Source: Phycisphaerae bacterium (GTDB lineage: Bacteria > Planctomycetota > Phycisphaerae > UBA1845). From it: a stretch of 64,000 bases of DNA. Shown here in pieces: positions 8,353 through 18,338 of the stretch. The translations under genes and the position numbers were made by a program. The stretch covers positions 24,118 to 88,117 of the forward strand of contig DAORAL010000010.1 of assembly GCA_035344155.1 (NCBI GenBank), read 5' to 3'. Position 1 is the stretch's first letter, and each line of letters opens with the position of its first letter. The notes below the pieces were generated by a model. It did no database searches. It was not told the DNA's origin and saw nothing but the letters and a program-made list of their open reading frames with translations.

Positions 8353-10332
8353 CTAGTCGGCATGCATCGACAATTCGTCGGGATTGGCGCTTGATTGGAT
8401 GATGACTTCGCACTCGGGAAGCGCTTTGAGAAATGATCGGCCATACTGCTTGGTCACGACGCGCGGGTCGAGAATGACCACGATGCCGTGGTCCGTCTTG
8501 GCTCGGATCAGTCGGCCAAAGCCCTGGCGAAACTTCAAAATCGCCTCGGGCAATTGAAACTCCATGAATGGATTGCCACCGCGTCGACGAATCTGCTCGA
8601 TCCGTGCTTCGATCGCCGGCCTGTCTGGTACGGCGAACGGCAAGCGCGTCATGATGATGTTGCAAAGCGCATCGCCCGGCACATCCACGCCCGTCCAGAA
8701 ACTATCCGTCCCGAAGATCACGCTTCGCTCCGACTCGCGGAACCGATTCAGCAGCGTCGAGCGCAACATCCCCTGCCCCTGAACCAATAACTCGATGTCG
8801 AGATCGGCAAAGAAGTCGGCCAATGCTTCGGCGCATCGATTCATCAGGTCATAACCGGTGAACAACACAAACGCCCTGCCGTCCGTCATCTTGATGTACT
8901 TTTCGATGCGATCGCAGACGGCATTTGCGTAGTCCATCGACGATGGTTCTGGCATGTCCTTTTCGACGTAGACCTTCACCTGCTCGGCATAATCAAACGG
9001 CGAACCGAGCGACGCCTGCGACACGTCCGACAACCCAAGGCGATTGCGCATGTAACCGAACGCATCACTCGGATTCACCGTCAGCGTCGCACTGGTCATG
9101 ACCACACTGGGCACCGTGCTGAATAGCGTGTCTTTCAACGATGCCGCGACATCAATAGGCCGCCCATGCAGCGCAACCCGCCCGTCGCGACGGTCTTCAA
9201 GTTCAACCCAATAAACCCAATCGTCGTGTTGCTGCTCAATTGTTTCTTCCAACAGTTCCGCGAAACTGCTGACCCGATCCATGTGGGCGTTGATCTCGAA
9301 GCGATCCTCTTCTTCTTCAATCTGGCTGCGAACCGCCCGAAGGCGACGATTCAACTCCCGAAGCGCATCACTAAGACCATTGCGCACCGGCGGCGGTTCA
9401 ACCAAACGCCCGTTGGAGCGGCCATGACTGCGCTGCCAATTACGCAACTCATCAAAAAACTGCTCCATGCTGTCATAAGCAGCCCGCACCGCGCGGACAG
9501 CCGACTCCGCATGAAAGCCTGCAAGCAAACCGCGTTTGGTGCGATCGTTGTAGAGGCTGGTCAACAGGTACCGAATCTGCGAATTCGTCAGGTGAATCCC
9601 GAAGTGATCGCCCGCAACCGAATCGATCGTGTGGGCTTCGTCGAGAATGGCAAAATCATAATCCGGAAGCACGCCCGCTCCCGCCCGCCGCAGCGCCAGG
9701 TCCGCAAAGAAGAGCGCGTGATTGACCACGAGAAGCTTCGCATGACGCGCCCGACGACGCGCCTGCTGATAGTGGCACTTGTCGTAATAGTTGCATCGCC
9801 GACCCATGCAGTTGCCGTGTTCACTCTTGACCCGCTCCCAAACCGGATACGGCGGGGCGACGGGAAGGTCAGCCAACGATCCATCGGTCGTCTTGTACGC
9901 CCAATCCTCGATTTGCCAGAGCGATTCAACGTGTTCGCGGGATTGAAAAAGCAGATCCTGACGCCGACTCGCCTGCGCCAAACGCCGAAGCCCGATGTAG
10001 TTTGAGCGGCCTTTGACCAAAACTGCCGAGAACTCATCGGGCAGAACCGACGCCAGAAATGGAATGTCCTTCTCGAACAACTGCTCCTGAAGCGCAATCG
10101 TGTGCGTCGACACGACGACGCGATCGCCATACTCCGTCACGCGTTCGATCGCCGGAAGCAGATAGGCAAAACTCTTGCCCACACCGGTCCCGGCTTCGAT
10201 GAGCAAATGCTCGCGCTCATCAAACGCCCGCGCCACTTCCTCGACCATTTCGAGTTGCTGGGGGCGCACCTCAAAACCGGGCATCCGCCGGGCGATGAGG
10301 CCTTCACTGGCAAGCGCTTCGGTACAACCCAT
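8353..10332 (-). CDS. dinG: DinG/Rad3-family ATP-dependent DNA helicase (Fe-S type)
   Basis: 659 aa. Walker A GTGVGKSFAYLLPA, DEAH box ILDEAHTI, Cys cluster CMGRRCNYYDKC, and C-terminal helicase motifs (FGTDSFWTGVDVPG, GRLIR). Confidence 0.85.
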   Translation of the reverse strand: MGCTEALASEGLIARRMPGFEVRPQQLEMVEEVARAFDEREHLLIEAGTGVGKSFAYLLPAIERVTEYGDRVVVSTHTIALQEQLFEKDIPFLASVLPDEFSAVLVKGRSNYIGLRRLAQASRRQDLLFQSREHVESLWQIEDWAYKTTDGSLADLPVAPPYPVWERVKSEHGNCMGRRCNYYDKCHYQQARRRARHAKLLVVNHALFFADLALRRAGAGVLPDYDFAILDEAHTIDSVAGDHFGIHLTNSQIRYLLTSLYNDRTKRGLLAGFHAESAVRAVRAAYDSMEQFFDELRNWQRSHGRSNGRLVEPPPVRNGLSDALRELNRRLRAVRSQIEEEEDRFEINAHMDRVSSFAELLEETIEQQHDDWVYWVELEDRRDGRVALHGRPIDVAASLKDTLFSTVPSVVMTSATLTVNPSDAFGYMRNRLGLSDVSQASLGSPFDYAEQVKVYVEKDMPEPSSMDYANAVCDRIEKYIKMTDGRAFVLFTGYDLMNRCAEALADFFADLDIELLVQGQGMLRSTLLNRFRESERSVIFGTDSFWTGVDVPGDALCNIIMTRLPFAVPDRPAIEARIEQIRRRGGNPFMEFQLPEAILKFRQGFGRLIRAKTDHGIVVILDPRVVTKQYGRSFLKALPECEVIIQSSANPDELSMHAD

Positions 10333-10397
10333 CGTTGTTACCTTCTATGCGTGCGCGTCGGTGCATGCAGCCAACGCGTTGTGTGCGAAACTGTTCG

Positions 10398-11021
10398 TTA
10401 TTCAGAGACCGTCAAGATCAGCGAGTCCAATGCAGACTCGACGTTGTCTGCCGCGCCATCGTTAAACGCAATGTCAATGCGCTCGATGGTCGTACCTGCC
10501 GGCGCTTCGATCTCGACCGTGGCATCGTTGACCGGTACGGCGATCGCCGCAATCGGCGACGACGTTGTGCCGGCGCTATCGGTAAAGGTCAGCTGTGCGG
10601 GATCTTCGCCTTCGAGTCGACCCCAGAAGAACCGGGCTTTGACAACATTCAAACCCGCAAGGTCAATTCGCCCCGCATCCATCGACGAGTTGATCATCCA
10701 CGACCGCGAACCCTCGCCATAGAGCGCCGGAATCCCGCGACGAATCGCAAACCCACCGGTGAAATCGATGCTTCTGCCATCCACTTCAAACGTCACATCG
10801 GTGTCGTCTTCCGGAAAACCGGTCGCGGCTTCAAATGTAATCGTCGACAGATCGGTCTCATTGCCATTCTGCCCGCCGTCGTTTCCACCGTTATTCCCGC
10901 CATCGTTACCGCCGTCATTCCCACCATCGCCATCGGGGATGATGTCGCATCCCGCGAGTCCGACGAGCAGAATACCGATTCCAAACATTCGCAACGTTTT
11001 TGACAGCAGTTGATTGAGCAT
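10398..11021 (-). CDS. Hypothetical lipoprotein with a Gly/Asn/Asp repeat linker
   Basis: Signal peptide with lipobox LVGLAGC, then GDGGNDGGNDGGNNGGNDGGQNGN. No recognisable catalytic motif. Confidence 0.5.
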   Translation of the reverse strand: MLNQLLSKTLRMFGIGILLVGLAGCDIIPDGDGGNDGGNDGGNNGGNDGGQNGNETDLSTITFEAATGFPEDDTDVTFEVDGRSIDFTGGFAIRRGIPALYGEGSRSWMINSSMDAGRIDLAGLNVVKARFFWGRLEGEDPAQLTFTDSAGTTSSPIAAIAVPVNDATVEIEAPAGTTIERIDIAFNDGAADNVESALDSLILTVSE

Positions 11022-11158
11022 GGATGTTCCTTTTGCAAAGCGGCAAGTGCGACCGCGCGCACGGTCGACCGCCTGGGGCCCGATTTTTCATGTCATAAGT
11101 AAATCAATCACCGCGGCTGAGCGGATCGCTCATATGCGACTTGATTGCCAACGCCATG

Positions 11159-11977
11159 TTAACGGCTCGGCGCTTTCGCAACAATCTGCAAATGCCCCGC
11201 CCGCGCCACCGCATCGGGATCGCGGCTTAGCTTCTTTTCAATCCGCATCCACTCCAACCGGTTCGCCGAATCGTCCAGCAAACCGCGAAACGCTTTCTGG
11301 TTGAAGTTCAGTACCGTCTTGCCTCGAATTTCCAGTACATCAAAGCCAGCCGTCTCAAAGAGCGACTTGGCTTCTTGCGGTGTAAAGGTGTGAATATCGA
11401 ACTGCTCTTCTTTTTCCTTGGTCAGCCAATGCGTCTTGCCCGTTCGGATGAAGTCGGACATCTGCTTTGGCGAACCTTCCTTGAGATAGTAATCGAGCGC
11501 GCCGAGTTTGTTGTCGAGCGTCGCGATCAGAATGGAACCGGGTATCAACTTCTTTTTGATTTCCTTCAGCGCCCGACCCGGTTTGCTAGCACAGCCGATC
11601 GGATCACCCATCGCCACCGCGAACGAATACCGCTCATCCGCCAACTCACTCAGGTCGCAAAGGTCGGCTTGAAAAAACTCCGCCCGATCGGTTCGCCCCT
11701 GCTCTTCCACAGCCAGCTTGGCTTTTCCGATCATCGCACCGGAAATATCCACGCAGGCCACGCTGTACCCGCTCGTCAACAGCTTCAGCCCCCACTTGCC
11801 CGTCCCGCAACCGAGATCGAGAACCGGAATGGACAAGTCGGCTGGCAGGTGCGGTTTGAGATAATCCCAGGTCAGGGCATCGTGAAAACGCCAATACGCA
11901 TCGTCGTACGACGCGTCGTAACGGCGGGCAACCCGATCGTGGTAACGTTGGACGGCTGGCTTGTTTCGGCGACTCAT
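11159..11977 (-). CDS. Class I SAM-dependent methyltransferase
   Basis: Motif I VLDLGCGTGKWG, with post-I and motif II spacing typical of Methyltransf_11/25. Confidence 0.75.
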   Translation of the reverse strand: MSRRNKPAVQRYHDRVARRYDASYDDAYWRFHDALTWDYLKPHLPADLSIPVLDLGCGTGKWGLKLLTSGYSVACVDISGAMIGKAKLAVEEQGRTDRAEFFQADLCDLSELADERYSFAVAMGDPIGCASKPGRALKEIKKKLIPGSILIATLDNKLGALDYYLKEGSPKQMSDFIRTGKTHWLTKEKEEQFDIHTFTPQEAKSLFETAGFDVLEIRGKTVLNFNQKAFRGLLDDSANRLEWMRIEKKLSRDPDAVARAGHLQIVAKAPSR

Positions 11978-12093
11978 AGATCGCTATTCTAAACACCCAA
12001 CCGCGCAGTCGCCAACCGAACCGGCAACTGTTATAAGCCAACGTTCACGACAGTCGCCAAACAGCGATTCAATCGAACACCGTGGAACCCAAG

Positions 12094-13482
12094 ATGTCCA
12101 ACCAACAGACGCCACAACCAAACGTACGCGAATGGACGATACAAGCCGACACCGAACCGTCGGTGCGTGTCGGCATCATCCTCAAGCAGGACGCCCAAAA
12201 GTTCATCCGCATCGACATTCCCGACCAACCCCATCACCTCATCGCTGATGGATTCCGCATCGGTGAATTCACCAAAACCAAGATCGGCTTGACCCTCACC
12301 GGCGGAAAGCTGGTCGTCTCTGCCGGCGACGAAAACGTATCCGCCGAAAAATCCGTCATCATCGAACCGGTGGAAGCAAGCACGTCAGCCGACGACGCCA
12401 TGGTCGTCCACGACATCATCGCCGGTCGAGGTTTCCACTGGCAAAAACGCTGCGATCAGGCGTTGGCGGGTTCAGCCGAGATTCTCGCAAACCCAGCCGG
12501 TCTGATTCTCATCAACACTTTACCGCTTGAAACATACCTCGCCGGCGTCATCACGGCTGAGATGAGCGGCGCTTGCCCGGTCGAGTTTCTCAAAGCGCAG
12601 TGCGTTGTCGCGCGATCGTGGCTACTCGCACTGTCGGAATCCAAGCACGATGCCGACCCGTTCGACCGCTGCAACGACGACTGCTGTCAGCGCTATCAAG
12701 GCATCGCCAACACGAGCGGTGCGGCATGGCGGGCTGTTGGCGAATCTCGCGGTTTGGTGCTTCTCGATGATCAGGACGGCGTCGTGGATGCCGTTTACTC
12801 GAAAAACTGCGGCGGGATTTCCGAAACGCCCGAAAGCGTTTGGGGTCATTCCAAACCGTGCGTTGAATCCATCATCGACGCGGTCGATTCGCAACCGGTA
12901 GCCGCCTTCACCCCGACGACCGAACAGGGTTTTGATACCTACCTGCGCGCCGGCGAACAGCTAGCCCCCCATGTCTATTGCAGCCCCAGTTTCGTCCCGC
13001 CCGAAGTGCATTCAAAATACCTAGGTCATGTCGATGAGCCGGACAACTACTACCGCTGGTCGGTGACGCAGTCGCGCGAAGAGTTGGAGCAGGGATTGTC
13101 GCATCGCGTTTCGCAGCTTGCGCGCCTTTTAAAACTCGTCGACCTCACCGTGACCAATCGCGGTGTCTCTGGCCGAGCGCAATGCGTCCGAATCGATTGG
13201 CTCGACGATCAAAACCAATCGCACCAAACCGACATCACGCCGGAATACAACATCCGCCACGCGCTGCATCCCGGATTTCTCTACAGCAGTGCGTTCGCCG
13301 TCGAGAAAAACCAAAGCGAATCGGGCGAGCTGAAGTCGATCACGCTAAATGGTTTGGGATGGGGACACGGTGCGGGCTTGTGTCAGATGGGTGCGCTTGG
13401 CATGGGCCTTTCGGGCAAGCAACTGACCGAGATCCTCAGCCACTACTTCCCGTCGGCGAAACAGGTTTGCGCATACAAATAA
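12094..13482 (+). CDS. SpoIID/LytB domain protein
   Basis: YLAGVITAEM...EFLKAQCVVARSW, DDCCQRYQG, AVYSKNCGGISE and GHGAGLCQMGA are hallmark SpoIID/LytB motifs. Confidence 0.8.
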   Translation: MSNQQTPQPNVREWTIQADTEPSVRVGIILKQDAQKFIRIDIPDQPHHLIADGFRIGEFTKTKIGLTLTGGKLVVSAGDENVSAEKSVIIEPVEASTSADDAMVVHDIIAGRGFHWQKRCDQALAGSAEILANPAGLILINTLPLETYLAGVITAEMSGACPVEFLKAQCVVARSWLLALSESKHDADPFDRCNDDCCQRYQGIANTSGAAWRAVGESRGLVLLDDQDGVVDAVYSKNCGGISETPESVWGHSKPCVESIIDAVDSQPVAAFTPTTEQGFDTYLRAGEQLAPHVYCSPSFVPPEVHSKYLGHVDEPDNYYRWSVTQSREELEQGLSHRVSQLARLLKLVDLTVTNRGVSGRAQCVRIDWLDDQNQSHQTDITPEYNIRHALHPGFLYSSAFAVEKNQSESGELKSITLNGLGWGHGAGLCQMGALGMGLSGKQLTEILSHYFPSAKQVCAYK

Positions 13483-13541
13483 CCGCGCCCTCGAATGAGA
13501 ACGCGGTTGAATGTTGTTGGGATAAAATGTGATCGCGGCGA

Positions 13542-13838
13542 CTAGGTGCTGGTGTAAGGAAGCAGGGCCATGAAACGCGCCTGCTTGATCGCTTCCTTCA
13601 ATGCACGCTGTTCCTGCGAGCTTGTGCCCGCACGCTTGCGCGTCATCATCTTGGCGCTGGTCGTCATGAACTTACGCAGCAGATCGACTTCCTTGTAATC
13701 GACCACCGGGCCTTCCCAATCCTTACCGCGGCGATTCGGGAACCGATGGGCAGTGTGGAAACCAAACTTCTTCTTGTCACCACCACCATTGTCGTCGTTA
13801 TTGTTGTTGCTATTGCTGTTGCGCTTGTTGAATGCCAT
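13542..13838 (-). CDS. rpsR: 30S ribosomal protein S18, with an Asn/Asp/Gly-rich N-terminal extension
   Basis: VDYKEVDLLRKFMTTSAKMMTRKRAGTSSQEQRALKEAIKQARFMALLPY matches the S18 core. Confidence 0.85.
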   Translation of the reverse strand: MAFNKRNSNSNNNNDDNGGGDKKKFGFHTAHRFPNRRGKDWEGPVVDYKEVDLLRKFMTTSAKMMTRKRAGTSSQEQRALKEAIKQARFMALLPYTST

Positions 13839-13912
13839 AACTCTTCAATCACCTGTCTCTAAACGGTTTGCACCAAAACTCGTTGGTCGACTGAGTTCGA
13901 CCGGATTCGTCT

Positions 13913-14131
13913 TTACTGTTTATTGGCGGATTCCATCACCCGACGAAATTCGCCTTCGTCCACAACTTCGGATTCATCGATCAACATGATCGGAATCCCG
14001 TCGCGAACCGGATAGCGCCGACGGGTCTTCTCGTCCGTCGAATAAAGCCATCCATCGTGCAGCACCAGCGACGCGTGCGATTCCGGACACGCGAGGATCT
14101 CAAGCAACTCTTTGTCGATCGTCTGACCCAT
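13913..14131 (-). CDS. Trm112/UPF0434-family small zinc-ribbon-like protein
   Basis: 72 aa. LLEILACPESHASL...YPVRDGIPIMLIDES. Confidence 0.8.
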   Translation of the reverse strand: MGQTIDKELLEILACPESHASLVLHDGWLYSTDEKTRRRYPVRDGIPIMLIDESEVVDEGEFRRVMESANKQ

Positions 14132-14289
14132 ATGCCCGAGGCCTCATCCTTGAACCCACACATCCCGCGCAGCACGGCTGCAACGCACTTCTCACAGCGA
14201 GCCAAGCAGTCTACAACACCGCCCGAATACTGACAAGATGCACCGCGAACGCACAATCCAGTCAGCATAAACAACTGCAGCAATTGAAG

Positions 14290-15759
14290 TTACAGAAGAT
14301 CGACCAGCTTTCGCCGTAGCAGTTTACCCGTCGCTCCATGGGGGAGTTCGTCGAGGATGCGGATTTGTTTGGGCACTTTGAACCCAGCCAGGCTCTTTCG
14401 GGCATGATCGCGAAGCTCGACCTCGGTCGCCGTCGCCCCCTCTTCAAGCGTCACGAAGGCAGCCGGCACTTCCCCGCGACTCGGGTCGGTCATCCCGATC
14501 ACCCCTGCTTCCGCGACGGCTGGATGCTGTTCGAGCACCGATTCAATCTCGCGCGGATGGACGTTCTCGCCCGCGACGATGAGCATCTCCTTGATCCGCC
14601 CGGTGATGTACACAAACCCATCGTCGTCGATCTTGCCCGCGTCACCACTCTTAAACCACCCATCGCTCGTCAACACGTTGGCCGTCGATTCCGGATCGTC
14701 GCGGTACCCCTTCATCACGTTGGGCCCCTTAATCCAGATTTCGCCTTCGTGTCCCTGCGGAACATCCGCGCCGTTTTCATCAACGATTCGAATCTGCACG
14801 TTGCGAATCGGTTTGCCAATTGAACCGTCGCGCTGTCGATGCGGAAGTTCCAACGTGCAGACCGGCGACGTTTCAGTCAAACCATAACCCTGCAGCAACC
14901 GTGCGTTGAATCGCTTCTTGTAGCCCGCAAAAATGTTCTCAGCCAACGGCTCACCACCGCTGCCCAGCAGGAACACGTTCTTGAACAAATCGTCGGGCGC
15001 CGACTTCAACCGCAAGAGCGCCCCATGCATGCTGGGGATGGCCATAAATACGGAGATGTCCTCTTCCCGGATCGCCTTCGAAATCGCCACCGGTGAAAAC
15101 CGCGGAATGCAGTAAGAAGACGCGCCGGCTGCGATCGGCACGAGCGCCGATGTGGTCAACCCAAACACGTGAAAAGGCGGCAGGCAATTCAGCAACCGAT
15201 GCCCCGGCGTAATCTCTGCCGACGCGACCATGTCCTCGGCGTTGGAGCGCAGATTTCGGTAACTCAGTTCGACCCCCTTGGGCTGAGCCGACGTTCCCGA
15301 TGTAAACAGCAGGACAGCCGTCTCGTCCGGATCGACCTTGGGCACCGGTGGCGTGCGCTTCAATGCCAACATCGCAAACCGCCGCTTGAGCGGAAGCTCG
15401 TCGAGGTACAGCGCGCGGATGCCCAATTCCTCGCACAGCGGTTTGAAGTGGGAGATGGAGACAATCAGATCCAGCTCCGCACGCTGCGCCAGCGGTCGAA
15501 GTTCGTCGGCGGCTAGCAGAAAATTCAGCGGGACCATCGTCCGCTTCGCCCACCAGACGCCGAACATGCAGCCGCTGAACAGTGCACTCGCCGGCAGAAT
15601 CACCCCGACGCGCTCCCGGTTGGTGTTGTCGATCACGTATTCGCGGATGATGCGCGACAACCCGACGAGTCGCTTGTAGGTCAGGCGGATCGAAGCGTCG
15701 GCGACGGCTGGCGCCTGGGCGTGTTCCTTCGCCGTCTGCAATAGCATTTCAACCAACAC
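14290..15759 (-). CDS. AMP-dependent synthetase/ligase (acyl-CoA ligase family)
   Basis: LLFTSGTSAQPKGVELSYRNL (AMP-binding motif), GYGLTETSP, WFKSGDAGKIDDDGFVYITGRIKE, C-terminal GKLLRR. Confidence 0.85.
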   Translation of the reverse strand: MLVEMLLQTAKEHAQAPAVADASIRLTYKRLVGLSRIIREYVIDNTNRERVGVILPASALFSGCMFGVWWAKRTMVPLNFLLAADELRPLAQRAELDLIVSISHFKPLCEELGIRALYLDELPLKRRFAMLALKRTPPVPKVDPDETAVLLFTSGTSAQPKGVELSYRNLRSNAEDMVASAEITPGHRLLNCLPPFHVFGLTTSALVPIAAGASSYCIPRFSPVAISKAIREEDISVFMAIPSMHGALLRLKSAPDDLFKNVFLLGSGGEPLAENIFAGYKKRFNARLLQGYGLTETSPVCTLELPHRQRDGSIGKPIRNVQIRIVDENGADVPQGHEGEIWIKGPNVMKGYRDDPESTANVLTSDGWFKSGDAGKIDDDGFVYITGRIKEMLIVAGENVHPREIESVLEQHPAVAEAGVIGMTDPSRGEVPAAFVTLEEGATATEVELRDHARKSLAGFKVPKQIRILDELPHGATGKLLRRKLVDLL

Positions 15760-15954
15760 AGCATGTCACCTCGACAGAAGTAAGGAATCCGACCCCAATC
15801 CCGACCCGATAGATCAAGCCCAGCCCACATTAAGACTTGCGATTCCCCGCGCCCATCGGCATTATGGGGAGGCACCGCCTCCGACCGCAAGTGTCGAAAC
15901 CCCAGGATGCGGGCCAGTCAAATTGAACCATTTAGCGAAAGCAGGTCAACAATC

Positions 15955-16830
15955 ATGGCAAACGCAAGGATGAGTTTGCTCGTTCTCTCCGGATGGATCG
16001 CACTGGTAGCCGGCTGCCAACAGCTTCCACCAGCCGCCATCCAGCAAATCGAACAAGCCCGCGGTGAATTGCAGCGTCGCAATTACGACCAATGCGAGAA
16101 AATCCTCAACCCGGTGATCGCGTCGTATCAGACCAACAACGACATCGCCGAAGCGCTCTACATGCGCGGGCAGTGCCGCCTGATGAAAGACCAGCGGCGC
16201 ATGGGTGTCAACGACCTCACCACCGCACAACACATCGCCCGCGAAAAACGCCTGCGCGCGTGGATCGAAGTGCAGTTGGCCAACGTCGCGTTTGACGACG
16301 GCTCATACCCACAAGCGCGCGAACTGTACGAATCAGCTCTCCCCGAACTGCCCGACTCACCGCCGACCGATCAGGTCATGCACCAGTTGGCGATGGCCTG
16401 CGAGCGAACCGGTGATCGCACCGAGTCCGCACGCGTGCTCGGGGAACTCGCTCAGAAATTCCCAACCTCGACTTATTCAAAAAAACCCGGACAAACCAAC
16501 ACGAAACCGCGCATCACAAAACCCCGCTACCGAACCAACGTGCAACCGAGAAATCGCACGACGCTGACCGCAACGAGCCCGACCCAACCACGCACATCGC
16601 AAACCGGGCGCTTTGAAATCCAGTGCGGCGCATATGCCCGTATCGAACACGCCCACCAGGCGGCTGCCCGTTTGCGACAACAAGGCATCAACGCACTGGC
16701 GATTCCCGAATCGCGCGGTGCCGGTGCCAAGCATGTCGTCCGGGTCGGTAAGTACAACACCTATCGCGAAGCCAGCCAGGCGCTTGCCCGCATCCGCAAG
16801 TACCACACCGACGCGTTTATTGTCCGATGA
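15955..16830 (+). CDS. Lipoprotein with TPR-like region and C-terminal SPOR (peptidoglycan-binding) domain
   Basis: Lipobox LVAGC. The C-terminus FEIQCGAYARIEHAHQAAARLRQQGI...VVRVGKYNTYREASQALARIRK is SPOR-like. Start moved to ATG 15955. Confidence 0.7.
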   Translation: MANARMSLLVLSGWIALVAGCQQLPPAAIQQIEQARGELQRRNYDQCEKILNPVIASYQTNNDIAEALYMRGQCRLMKDQRRMGVNDLTTAQHIAREKRLRAWIEVQLANVAFDDGSYPQARELYESALPELPDSPPTDQVMHQLAMACERTGDRTESARVLGELAQKFPTSTYSKKPGQTNTKPRITKPRYRTNVQPRNRTTLTATSPTQPRTSQTGRFEIQCGAYARIEHAHQAAARLRQQGINALAIPESRGAGAKHVVRVGKYNTYREASQALARIRKYHTDAFIVR

Positions 16831-17086
16831 CGACGAACGTTCAGGTAACAGGGTTGCGTGCGTTCACTCTGAGTTGACTGGTGGAATATTCCGCACAATG
16901 ACCCCATCGACCGTCCGATAATATCGCCCCGTCATTCCGCCGCGCGCCGGTCCCGGGCGATTGTTGCACCCACATCGACCACGCCCGCTCCACCCCCACG
17001 CCTTTGCGTAACAATTTTTTTGCGCGATTCCGATAGTACCAAGTGAGCATCTGTCGTTTGTTTTGGTACGGCCCAAGGAGAAGCCC

Positions 17087-18307
17087 ATGCGCGCAAGGAC
17101 CAAGCCGCATTCATCCGCCGAGCAGCACAGTCAATCGTTTGGCGACATCGAACACAATCGCCTTCCCGGGCTGCTTCGCGACTACTTCGCCAGCAAGAAT
17201 CACCTGCGCAAGGGAATCTGTCTGCTCAATGCCGGGGCCTACGAGCAAGCCGTCACCGAACTGTCTGCAGCCACCAAGCTGAATCCGGACAACAAGAATC
17301 TGTCCGGATATCTCGTGTCCGCACTCGTCGGAAGCAACGACCTGCGCCACGCAGCATCGATCACGGCGCAGTATCTCGATCAACATCCCAACGATGTCGA
17401 TGCGATCATTCGCCTTGCCCTCGTGCGCTTCAAAGCCGGCAAACACGACGAGGCTATCCGCACGCTTCGCAACGGTGTACGCGACAATGCCGACAGCGCC
17501 GAGTTGCACTTCCAACTTGGAACCATGCTCAGCGCCATCGATCAAAACGAAGAAGCCGAACTGCGCTTCACCCAGGCGCTGTCGATTCAAAAAGACCACG
17601 CCGACGCGCTCGTGTCGCAGGCGATGTGTCGCGGTGTTGCGGGCGATATGGCCGGCGCACTTCGCAGCCTGGAAAAAGCACAGAAAGCCCGGCCAACCGA
17701 TGCGAACATCGCGCTACTGCTGACCCACGCAGCCCGCGCCAATTCAACCGAAAGCAAGGGCGCGGGCGTCTGGGCGGAAATGCCCGCAGAAGACGAATCG
17801 CAAGCCAACGCGTCTGACCTCGACACGCTCAGCAAATTGATCGAAGACGATCCGGAATTCGCCGAGGCTTTCTTTGACATCGATGACGAAGACGTCAACG
17901 AAGACGTCTATCAGATGCTTGTGGCGGTACTCATGCAAGCCGTCCAGCGCAGTCCGCAACGCGCCCGGTTGCATTATCTTTGCGGCGCCGCCCTCGCGCG
18001 ACTCAACCGATCCGACGACGCCATTGCAGCCGTTGAGCAGGCCATCTCGATCAACCCGAAATTCGTCAAGGCGATGATTCTGCTGGCCAAGTTGTACGAA
18101 TGCTCGGACCGCCCGCTCGACGCAGCCAGTCGCCTCGAACAGACGATCCTGCTCGGTGCGGAATACGCCGACACCTATTACCTGCTCGGCAATCTCTACT
18201 GCGACACCGGGCAGATCGAACGCGCCCGCTGGGCGTACAAACAGGCGTTGCGCATCAACAGTGATTACGAAGCCGCCCAAAAGGCGCTCGACACCCTGGC
18301 GGCATAA
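17087..18307 (+). CDS. TPR repeat protein
   Basis: Repeated 34-aa A/Y/L patterns (e.g. YYLLGNLYCDTGQIERARWAYKQALRINSDY). AAGGAG RBS lies 6 nt before ATG 17087. Confidence 0.7.
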   Translation: MRARTKPHSSAEQHSQSFGDIEHNRLPGLLRDYFASKNHLRKGICLLNAGAYEQAVTELSAATKLNPDNKNLSGYLVSALVGSNDLRHAASITAQYLDQHPNDVDAIIRLALVRFKAGKHDEAIRTLRNGVRDNADSAELHFQLGTMLSAIDQNEEAELRFTQALSIQKDHADALVSQAMCRGVAGDMAGALRSLEKAQKARPTDANIALLLTHAARANSTESKGAGVWAEMPAEDESQANASDLDTLSKLIEDDPEFAEAFFDIDDEDVNEDVYQMLVAVLMQAVQRSPQRARLHYLCGAALARLNRSDDAIAAVEQAISINPKFVKAMILLAKLYECSDRPLDAASRLEQTILLGAEYADTYYLLGNLYCDTGQIERARWAYKQALRINSDYEAAQKALDTLAA

Positions 18308-18338
18308 ACTCCGCGAAACTTCGACAAGGCGTACACGG

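Noticed and set aside
8189-8665. ORFs 8189-8665 (-), 8208-8402 (+), 4498-4884 (-), 34222-34497 (-) and 34319-34588 (-), which contain the peptides AGMT, AQAGIQ or RGND.
   Set aside because: These are translations of the REP/MITE-like repeats and adjacent non-coding DNA, not genes.
10855-10935. Short tandem nucleotide periodicity that might suggest a repeat array or CRISPR.
   Set aside because: It is the coding sequence for the GGNDGGNDGGNNGGND low-complexity linker of a lipoprotein. There is no spacer-repeat architecture and there are no cas genes.
13481-13508. Hairpin AACCGCG-N14-CGCGGTT between convergent SpoIID and rpsR genes as a bidirectional terminator.
   Set aside because: The stem is only 7 bp and there is no U-run on either strand. 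This is too weak to call.
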